A stretch of DNA of 39,492 bases from a virus, in the IMG/VR virus record IMGVR_UViG_3300030419_005136, positions 1-39,492 of that record. One strand, given 5' to 3'. This document shows, piece by piece, positions 29,412 to 37,700 of this stretch. Position 1 is the first letter of the stretch. Every line of letters begins with the position of its first letter. The position numbers and the translations under genes are program-made. The notes beneath the pieces were generated by a model. That model saw nothing but the letters and a program-made list of their open reading frames with translations. It made no database searches and was not told the origin of the DNA.

Positions 29412-29491
29412 AGTCGGTTTTGTGCCCCAGTCGCTAGTGCTGCTGCCCAAAACATCCGAGAAGCCCCAGCGCCAACTGGGGCTTTTCTTTT
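29412..29491 (+). ncRNA. candidate antisense (countertranscript) RNA against the repA leader
   Basis: Plus-strand TTGCCC (29377-82), a 17-nt spacer and TAAACT (29400-05). The terminator AAGCCCCAG-cgccaa-CTGGGGCTT+TTCTTTT (29461-29491) works only on the plus strand. The RNA would lie 57-136 nt upstream of the repA ATG. Confidence 0.35.
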
Positions 29492-29597
29492 GGGTGTCTA
29501 TCTAGTTAATTTGTATGTCTTTTTTGCCTTCCAACCAACGCCGTCCGGCGCTGGCCATCAATTCACTGTTTGCCAATCCTAGCATCCCGAAAGCGTT

Positions 29598-29616
29598 TTG
29601 ACACGAACTGTGTTAA
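29598..29616. promoter_or_regulatory. operator-like palindrome TTGACAC-gaact-GTGTTAA upstream of the repA leader
   Basis: It has the same ACAC-N5-GTGT core and TTAACAC-type arms as the immunity-region sites. Confidence 0.5.
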
Positions 29617-29658
29617 AAAAAATTCCTCAAAACGCTCTCAACCTGGGCGAATGCGGGG

Positions 29659-29871
29659 CTAGTGAGGGCCGTGCTTGCCCGCTCGCTGCAGCTCATGCCC
29701 CAGCGCATCGCGCACCATCGCTAGAATCATGTGATTGCCCGCGTGCGGCTCTTCGCCAGTCACCTGCATAAATTCCATCATCACATCAATGTTTTGCAGC
29801 GTATCGCGCTGGTTAATGCCCACCAGTACGTTAGTGTTATATCGCTGCGTCGTTCCCTGCTGCTCGCTCAT
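29659..29871 (-). CDS. 70-aa orphan protein under a LexA-box promoter (candidate SOS-induced antirepressor)
   Basis: ATG 29871 with a GGGGAGG SD. The product begins MSEQQGTTQRYNTNVLVGINQRDTLQNIDVMMEFMQVTGEEPH...; no recognised family. Confidence 0.6.
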   Translation of the reverse strand: MSEQQGTTQRYNTNVLVGINQRDTLQNIDVMMEFMQVTGEEPHAGNHMILAMVRDALGHELQRAGKHGPH

Positions 29872-29910
29872 TGTGTCGCCTCCCCGGTGCGCGTTTGCGC
29901 ACACCTAAAA

Positions 29911-29926
29911 CTGTTTATACATACAG
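29911..29926. promoter_or_regulatory. LexA (SOS) box CTGT-ttatacat-ACAG
   Basis: A perfect CTGT-N8-ACAG with an AT-rich spacer. On the minus strand it lies immediately downstream of the -10-like hexamers TAGTAT/TATGAT. Confidence 0.65.
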
Positions 29927-30095
29927 CATCATACTACACCGCATGACGCTAATGGAAAATTGCTAAGCGGTTTTAAGCGCTTACGCGGATGTTAGCGGCC
30001 CTGAACCCGCGCTCGAAATAACGCTCAACACCGCCAACACCTTTATCAAAACACGAGCGACGTGCCGCGCAAGCATCCGAGAGACTTCTGTGCAG

Positions 30096-30154
30096 AAAAA
30101 GCCCCGACGGGTACCGGGGCGTTTTTAAGGCACAAAAAAACCGCTCAAGGCGGC
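30096..30154 (-). terminator. tandem intrinsic terminators ending the late operon (the first is bidirectional)
   Basis: Minus strand GCCGC-cttga-GCGGT+T7 (30134-30154), then GCCCCG-gtacccgt-CGGGGC+T5 (30096-30120). The second also has a T-run on the plus strand. Confidence 0.75.
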
Positions 30155-30175
30155 CCGTGTACTAATCCCTCACCA

Positions 30176-30592
30176 TCACGACTGAACGTACCCAAACCAA
30201 TCCTGGGTATACGAATGCTCGACGCCCTCGTCATCGGTGTAGGTTTTCACGCGATCCCACACGCTCTCGTATTTCGCCAACGCTTCGGGGTCGGCAAACA
30301 GCGTCGCGTATACACGCTCATGGGTGTCGCGTTGGCCGTCGATGCGCGGGGCTTCGGCTAGTATTTCCACACCCGGCGTGCCGCGCCACTTCTCAGCCTG
30401 GTCGTCTTTAAAAACGCAGTATGCTAGTAAACTATCGCCCCTCATTTCAGCTCGGGTGCGCGTGAATGCAGTGACGTTGGGCGGCATGGCCATTGCGCCG
30501 TTAGCGTCGCGGGCCAGGGTATCGGGCGCGTGTTCGTCGAGGTATGCCACTAGCGAAAGGAAATTGGGTACGTAGATAATGGCGTCAATCAT
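30176..30592 (-). CDS. hypothetical protein, last late gene (tail fibre accessory or assembly candidate)
   Basis: ATGA overlap with the fibre gene. 138 aa, no recognised motif. Confidence 0.5.
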   Translation of the reverse strand: MIDAIIYVPNFLSLVAYLDEHAPDTLARDANGAMAMPPNVTAFTRTRAEMRGDSLLAYCVFKDDQAEKWRGTPGVEILAEAPRIDGQRDTHERVYATLFADPEALAKYESVWDRVKTYTDDEGVEHSYTQDWFGYVQS

Positions 30593-32424
30593 TGGCTATC
30601 CTCTAAAGAAACCAGACGTTGAAATTCAGGTTCAGAGACAGCTTTCGGTATAGCTTTTACTAACCGAACTACTCCGTTCAAATAAAACGCATTTTCTGAA
30701 TTTCTACCCAGTAGCGCTTGTGTGATATTTGGTAGTGACGCTGGCACACTGCTAACCGTAGTGCCATTAACACCGAACATCGCTAATCCGTTTTTGAATG
30801 TAACCCCGGCCCTTATTTTTCCCGCCAATACAGGTGTGATTGGGGGGTTATAGGACACGCCGTTTGCAACAAATCGATTAAGTATTGCCCCGTCGCTTGT
30901 AGAGTAGTATTGCGCGATGCGGTTATTATCGCTATCACCTAAAAAGTACAATGTTTGCGTAGTTTCTGAGGCATCTATTTCACACTCGATGATAAAAGTG
31001 CCCTCACTTGTATTAAACTCGGCCCCTAACTGCCGCGATATATTGTCAGCAGCGCGGGTAACAGGCGCACTCTCAGTGACGATTACGGGGCCGGGGACGG
31101 TGCCTTCGACGAGTTGGGCGTGGGCCAACAGAACGCTACCCGTCAGTGTTCCACTCCCAGGACTGGTTAGATTATCCCGAGACGCTGGGCGTAGCGTCCA
31201 ACGCGCCCTATTGTTCCCCAATCCGTTGTTTTCAACAGAGCATGAAATCCTGAAAACCCCACTAGAAATTTCATCCACTTTAGCTACAGCGTTTCCGTTT
31301 GTTAAAAACTCGCCAGTTGTTAGATCAACCCATACGCCTTCCTCTCTAACCGTGCCACCAGTATATGCAATCGATAGCCTCACCACATTGCTCGTTCCCG
31401 CAGAAACAATAGCCGATGCGGTTCTAGTTACAGTGTCGTTGGGGACTGCAATACTTCGGCCCAGGTATTCGTCAGCCGAATTGCTATTATCAGCCACTTC
31501 ATAAAACACGCTACCGTTAAACGGGGACTGTACCGAAGATGCACTGACAGAAACGGAGCTGTTCCACGCCGCATTACTAAAATCCGTAGACCACAACAAC
31601 TCATTCGTCACCGCCCCCGAAATCTGCGCCTGATACTGCTGCGTTTCAGGGTTCCACTCTCGCGCAATAACATTAGGCGGCACATACACGTATTTCAGCG
31701 AGCCATCGGCTGTATGCTGATATGCGAGCGTTCCACCTAGTCGCTCGAAGCCGTTCCAGAGTTCTTCGCTCTCTACTGCATCTTGCACCCCTCCATAAAG
31801 CGGCGTGCCTAGGCCATAGGCGGCTAGATTAAAATCTGAGTGCAGCGTTTGCCCGTTATCGCCTAGCCGTTGTAGCGAGCGATTCAAGCGCACGGCGGCG
31901 GAGTGCTTGGCGTCTACGCCTGTTTTTGTGTAGTACGTCGTGATGAGCGTGGCTGCGCCTGCATCGTTGCGGTAGACGCTGACACGCTCGGCTTCCGGCG
32001 CTTCGATCACGCGGAAGTAGTTCGTGTCTACCGTACCCGCTAGGCCCGCTGAAACGCTGGCGTAAGTAGCGGTGGCCTGGGCCACGGCATCGGCCATATT
32101 GCTCGCCGTAGTCGCACTACCGGCGGCGTCTACGGCACTGGCGTCGGCATCGCTGACCAGCCCATTGAGGGTTTGCAGGTCGAGATTGATACTGTCGCGG
32201 TCGTTGCTGGCTTGCTGCGCTGCGGCGCTGGCGGTTTGCGCTGCGCTATCAGCTTCGCCCGCTTTCTGCACAGCGTGACCGGTCATGGCTAGGCCCTGCT
32301 GCAGGGCGGGTACAAATCGCTCGATGTAGCCGGTGCCGTCTAGGCCGGTCGTGGGGTCGGCATCATCGGTAATAGTGATGCCGCTACCGCCGTACTCCGT
32401 GGGAAACGTGACGCTATTAGCCAT
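30589..32424 (-). CDS. tail fibre / receptor-binding protein
   Basis: The N-terminus ITITDDADPTTGLDGTGYIERFVPALQ followed by Ala/Ser/Gln-rich coiled sequence is typical of phage tail-fibre N-termini. The C-terminal half has much lower G+C. Confidence 0.65.
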   Translation of the reverse strand: MANSVTFPTEYGGSGITITDDADPTTGLDGTGYIERFVPALQQGLAMTGHAVQKAGEADSAAQTASAAAQQASNDRDSINLDLQTLNGLVSDADASAVDAAGSATTASNMADAVAQATATYASVSAGLAGTVDTNYFRVIEAPEAERVSVYRNDAGAATLITTYYTKTGVDAKHSAAVRLNRSLQRLGDNGQTLHSDFNLAAYGLGTPLYGGVQDAVESEELWNGFERLGGTLAYQHTADGSLKYVYVPPNVIAREWNPETQQYQAQISGAVTNELLWSTDFSNAAWNSSVSVSASSVQSPFNGSVFYEVADNSNSADEYLGRSIAVPNDTVTRTASAIVSAGTSNVVRLSIAYTGGTVREEGVWVDLTTGEFLTNGNAVAKVDEISSGVFRISCSVENNGLGNNRARWTLRPASRDNLTSPGSGTLTGSVLLAHAQLVEGTVPGPVIVTESAPVTRAADNISRQLGAEFNTSEGTFIIECEIDASETTQTLYFLGDSDNNRIAQYYSTSDGAILNRFVANGVSYNPPITPVLAGKIRAGVTFKNGLAMFGVNGTTVSSVPASLPNITQALLGRNSENAFYLNGVVRLVKAIPKAVSEPEFQRLVSLEDSQ

Positions 32425-33300
32425 TTATAGGATCTCCAGCAAAGCCATCGGGTTTTCGTAGTTAGCAAAATAGGGGTGGGTGATGGGGTTTAACGTCTCT
32501 TGCCTGCACAGCATCGCCCGCGCAAAGTTGGCGGGGCTGGGGGTCACTGAGTAGACGTAGAGTAGTTCGCCGACGATGTCCTGGGTGCGCTGTAGGCGGT
32601 GCAAACGTAGGAATGCTTCGTCTTCATTGAGAAGTTTCAGGTCAAACGAGACGGTGCGCTTGGGCGTCACCTCATCGGCGTACTCAGTGCGTGAGGGGTC
32701 GCGGGCCTCAGTCATCGTGGTGCCGCTGTTGTAGCCGTGCTGCACGCCGTAGCTGATGTTGTACTCCGGCTGCCAGGCATCGGTGAGTATGACGCGCCCC
32801 AGCTCGATGGCCCCGTCGGGGTTGCCGGGGTCGCTTAGCTCGACGTCTACCGCCGTGCCGATCACCCGCTCGTCAAAAAACAGGATCATCAGCGGCGTGT
32901 ACGTGGCGCGGTCTTCCTCGCTGAGCCTGCGGTTCCAAAAATTGTCGTCGCCCCATATCACGTCGTTGAGCGTGTAGACGATGGGCCAGACGTTTTGCAC
33001 GCCCGTATCGGCGATCTCGTCGGTACGCTCGGCATCGCGGTACGCTCGGGCGCGAACCGTGGCCGTAGGGCTGAGGTTGTGGGCGGCGATGGCCACAGCG
33101 TGCAGCCGCCGCCGCCCGGGAAGGGTGAGCGTAAAACGCGTATCGGCGGGATCTAGCGATGCAGTTTTGGCAACGACCGATAGCCGCCGGTCTTGTACGT
33201 GGGCCAGCGGCAGCGTAGGCACCCAACTGCCCCCGCTGAGCGTGGCAGCGGGCACGTAGTTCGGCCAGCACAGTACGATTTTGTTGGGATCAAGTGCCAT
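32425..33300 (-). CDS. distal tail / baseplate-like protein
   Basis: ATG 33300. A 291-aa ORF between the post-tape-measure gene and the fibre. The assignment is positional. Confidence 0.5.
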   Translation of the reverse strand: MALDPNKIVLCWPNYVPAATLSGGSWVPTLPLAHVQDRRLSVVAKTASLDPADTRFTLTLPGRRRLHAVAIAAHNLSPTATVRARAYRDAERTDEIADTGVQNVWPIVYTLNDVIWGDDNFWNRRLSEEDRATYTPLMILFFDERVIGTAVDVELSDPGNPDGAIELGRVILTDAWQPEYNISYGVQHGYNSGTTMTEARDPSRTEYADEVTPKRTVSFDLKLLNEDEAFLRLHRLQRTQDIVGELLYVYSVTPSPANFARAMLCRQETLNPITHPYFANYENPMALLEIL

Positions 33301-33302
33301 GG

Positions 33303-34736
33303 TTAGCCCCACAGTTGCAGTGTCAGTTCTTGGTTTTCGGCGTTGAGCCGGTAGCCGGTCACGCGCATAGCGCGGCCTGCGCCGTAGCCCAGCCGGGGAG
33401 TGGTGGGCGTCACGCTACCGCCCACGGTGGGCGTGAGGGTTTCGCGGGCCTCGATCTCGACGGTATCCCGCCGCACGCTGAGCAGCGCTAGCACGCGGTT
33501 GGCGACTTGCTGGGCGATGGCGCGATCAGTGAGCCGTGATTGAATCGTTAGCTCCCCTGCCAGCGGGTGCCGGTCGCGCACGGCTTGGGCGCTGGCGATA
33601 ACGCGGCGATAGGGTTGCGCCACGCGGGCGCGTCGCTCGTCGCTAACGTTGCCCGCCAGGTCGTCTTGAACCGTGCCGTTGGGGTCGTATTCGACGGTGA
33701 CGCGCCACACTGGCAGCCCGTTTTCACCCGCGCCGGTACTACTGCGGGTGATGCTGCTCATGCTGTAAGGGTGAATGGCGTTGTTGTTGGGCTCGGGTTC
33801 CAGCCACTCGCCCATACGCAGATCACCCTCAGCGGGTGATGTAAGGTAACCGCCGATGCTCTCGGCCAGTTCGTCTAACAGGGTGAGCGTGTCCGTATCG
33901 CTGTTGAGGTACACGCTCACGGCCCCGAAAGCATTCAGTGTGGTCACATCATCAGCGTGCAGCGTGTAGCCGCGCTCGGCTGCCAGCGCGGCGGCGACGG
34001 TGCCCAGCGTGGGCGTGGCTTGCTCGGCATCCACCGTTACCGTACCCACTGGGCTTGCCCCTAGGCGGAAATACCCCTGATAGTGCCGGTACTGGCCCGC
34101 TGCTGGTGCGGTGCTTTGCAGCTGGGCTATGTCGGTGTAAGTGCCGCCGTTCGTCAGCGCCACGCCACGGTCATACACGGCGGTTACGTTGCAGTCAGCA
34201 AGCGACGACACTTGGTAAATCAATTTGCTGGTGTTGACCAACACCGGCTGAGCGTTGCGTACCCGGCCCCACACCTGAGGCTTGGGCTCGCCCGCTATGT
34301 CGTCCTCAGTGCCTTCCACGCCATCCGGAAGCACGTTGTCCCCAGCGTAAACGTCCATCGGTTGCGGGCTGCGCAGTGGTTCTAAAGGGTCTCGCAAGAT
34401 CACGCCCACTTCGTTCTCACGAAACGCGAGCCGGGAGACGGTACCCACCACCTGCAGCTGTTCGTCAAACCTCAGCTGCATGGTGCGACCGTCTACGGCG
34501 TAATCGGCTAGATAGTCCAAGGCGCCGTCGCTGTTCTCAAGCGTGGTTTCGCCGTGGCCGCTGCGCCCCTGTTGCAGTAGTTGGCCCGCGTATAAACCCG
34601 CTTGATACAAGCCTGGTTGCAACATGCGCGGATCATAAAACGCATCGTCCGGGGCGTCGTAACGCCCCAGGCTAAAGCGCAGGGTTTCCGGCTCATTGGC
34701 GGCATTCAGCGCTTCAACGGTGAGGGTCCATGTCAT
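33303..34736 (-). CDS. distal tail protein (first gene after the tape measure)
   Basis: ATGA overlap with the tape measure stop. 477 aa. The assignment is positional. Confidence 0.5.
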   Translation of the reverse strand: MTWTLTVEALNAANEPETLRFSLGRYDAPDDAFYDPRMLQPGLYQAGLYAGQLLQQGRSGHGETTLENSDGALDYLADYAVDGRTMQLRFDEQLQVVGTVSRLAFRENEVGVILRDPLEPLRSPQPMDVYAGDNVLPDGVEGTEDDIAGEPKPQVWGRVRNAQPVLVNTSKLIYQVSSLADCNVTAVYDRGVALTNGGTYTDIAQLQSTAPAAGQYRHYQGYFRLGASPVGTVTVDAEQATPTLGTVAAALAAERGYTLHADDVTTLNAFGAVSVYLNSDTDTLTLLDELAESIGGYLTSPAEGDLRMGEWLEPEPNNNAIHPYSMSSITRSSTGAGENGLPVWRVTVEYDPNGTVQDDLAGNVSDERRARVAQPYRRVIASAQAVRDRHPLAGELTIQSRLTDRAIAQQVANRVLALLSVRRDTVEIEARETLTPTVGGSVTPTTPRLGYGAGRAMRVTGYRLNAENQELTLQLWG

Positions 34737-37700
34737 CGTTTCGCCGCCTCCAACCGTGCGTCATCTTCCAGTTTTTTCAGCATCTTGTTGCCTTCTTTAG
34801 TAGCGGCAATCTGCTGTGTGGCAGCGGCTCCGCGCTGGTTGTTGGCGGCTGCTAGGTGGGTGTTGCTGTCATTGAGCAGGCGCTCGATAGTTTTGCCCTG
34901 CTGTTCTATCGTGCGCTGCATGTCGCGCATTACCTGCGTTACATCGCTCTTACCCAGCAAGGGGAATTGTGGCATGGGAGGTAGTTCGGCACGCACGCCC
35001 AGCGAGCCATTGCTATGGCGAGTTAACGGCATAATCGCTTCATCACCGCTTTCACCCATTAAGCCCATGTCAAACAACGTGGGTGATGAAACGATGCTAT
35101 TAGTGAACACGCCGCCCTTGGCGAATTTGCGGCCTTCGTCTATACCGTGAAGCAAGAAGTGTTGAAAGCCGCTATAGACCTCGCCGCGGCCTATAGCCTC
35201 TGCGATGTCCGGGTTTAGTCTCAGGTAGTTAGCCTCGTCAAAACCCACAGCTGAAATCAGCTTGTCTACGTTGTTTCTAGCAACGGAAGGTGCGAGCGAT
35301 CCTGAGTTAAAGTCGCCTGCTAGAGAGCGGGAAAACGCTCTTTGCGAGCTATCGCCCCTCATGGTTTGTTTTAAAAACGAGAAATTATCGCTAGCATCAA
35401 CCAGTGAAGTTACTTGCGATCTAGTCAAAGTTTTTCCGGCAGGCTGACTAGGCGATGTGTCAATATCGGAGCCGCCACCAGAGCTAAACTCAAGATTTCT
35501 AATGGCCTTTTCAATTTCAGCCAACGCCCCAATCTGACGAACCATGTAGTTCTGGTTGCCACTCCCGCCGAAGAACTCCGCGAACGTCTGTGCTAACGGC
35601 ACTTGCTTCGCCAGCGGCCCCGCTAAACCAGTGTTGGTGGCAACGTTCTTGAGTTGATCGACCATTGCCTGTAGCTGCGGGTCGATGTCCTCTAGTTCAT
35701 CGCTACCTAAACGGCTCGCTAAATCATCTAGACTGCCCTCTACGAGTGCCTGTGCCTGCTGATAGATATTCCCGCTGGCACCGTATGCCTCGGCAGCGTT
35801 CAAATACTGCTGAGCGATGCCGGTAATACCGCTGATCGTGTCCTGTACCAGCGCGCTATCATCGCTGGTGTAGATCGTTGAGATGGCGGCCAGGAATGAC
35901 TCTTCAGCATTCTGATACGCCGTTTCGGGTGAGACGCCCGCGCCGCCGGTATTCTGCAGCGACTCGACAAACTGGCGGATGTTCTGCCCGGCGCTCATCA
36001 TGGTCCGCGCTTCTTGCTCTAACGCACGGATGCGCTCTTGTTGTGCGCGCTCCGCTTCTTGCATTGCGGCGCGCTCGTCCTCAATGGCCCAGATGCGCTC
36101 TTGCAGGGGGCGATTGCTTTCTGCTAGTTGAGATAACTCATAATCACGCAGTGCGTTGGCATTCCCTTGCACGCGTAGTAGCTGCAGCTCTAACTGAGTG
36201 CGCTCACGCATTGCATCCGCGCCACCGATGGCAGCAACGCTAGCCGCTTCCGCAGAGTTCGCAATGTTCCATAGAGCGCCATCAAGCGTCAGTGAACCAG
36301 AGGCTACCCGATCAAACCAATACTCAAGGCCAGCAGTATCCGGCGCACGGCCTAGCTCGCTCTGATACGCCTGCTCAATCGCTTGGCGTACCGCCGCGTT
36401 GGTTTCGCGCAACGCCGGGGCAAGCTGCATCAGCTGATACGCTAGTTGACCTCCGGCCTCTGTATTAAGGTCTTGCGCTTCGACTAGGGTACGCAGGCCC
36501 GCAACAGTGGTCGGCACTTCATCCGTGACGTTGGATAGCGAGCTGTAGAGATCTAACTGGGCGTTGCTTAGGCGCTCGGTTTCGGTGAACGCGGCGTTGT
36601 AATACGCCTGATTCACGGCAGCGATGTTATCCAGCCCGCCGACGTAGTCAGACAAGCCGGCGGCGGCATTGAGCGCTCCTTCTGCGCTGGCGTCGAATTG
36701 CAGGTTGAGGCGAGCGCTATTGCTGTCGAGGAGTTGCATCGCGTTAGCGGCCTGCACCACGCGCCCGGTGATTTGCTCGGCATCCAGCCCCAGACCGCGC
36801 AAGGCGGCGGAAAAATCACCGTCGATAACGTCAACGACAGCCAACGTGCGCGTAGCGAGCTGGTTAGCGATCCCGGCGGCGTCGCTGGCGTTCAAGCGCA
36901 CAGCCTGGGCGGCGCTGGCCATGGCCTGCGTTTTCTCTGCGCCGTTATCTAGGTTGGCGGCTGCCCCCACCAGGGCGTTATCTAGCGCGGTGATGCCGTC
37001 TAAAAACGCCTTGGCGTTATCGAAGCCGTCGAACGTTTCTTCCAAACGGGCAGTGTTAGGGTCATAAAACCCTACGGTGCCCAGCGCGCCACGGCTGTAG
37101 ACGCCCTCTCCATAGTTCTCAAACAGCCCGTGCCGGGTGGGGTCTACGTCCTGCCCTACGGTAGCTAGCTCGAATTTAGGGGCGGTTTTGCGGCCACCGA
37201 ACAGGCCGCTAATTCCGCCCACGATGCCGTCAACGATGCCCAGCCCGAGCACGTTATCAACCAGCGCCCCACCTGCTAGCCACGGCATTGCGGCGCTGGC
37301 AGCGCTCATAAAGCCGCCGGAGGCGGTGGTTGCCGCACCAGTTAGGGCATTGCCGTAAAGGCCACCCACGGCAGCGCCCGTTGACGCGCCCGCGTACAAG
37401 CCGCCCGCTGCCGCGCTGCCCGTGAGCGCATTGGCGTACAAACCACCCGCTGCAGCACTTGAACCGCCAAAACCTAGCGCACTACCGGCGCTACTAATGG
37501 CATCGCCTATATAGGGGAGATTGGTAGCGCCGGTGTAGAGCGAGCCTAGCGAGCTGAGGTTGAAGCCGCCGCCACCCCCACCGGGCATGCCGGCGGTATC
37601 CAGCCCCATCATGCCCGCCACATGGAAAGTCAGGCGCTGGGTAGTGAGCATGTGAGCGATTTCTGCCAGCGTTTGCTGGAAACCGCGTTTGACGGTATCC

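Noticed and set aside
29175-29450. 91-aa minus-strand ORF overlapping the repA start as a Tap/RepY-like leader peptide
   Set aside because: It is far too long and runs about 180 nt into repA in another frame. It has no SD. A short leader peptide cannot be identified with confidence.
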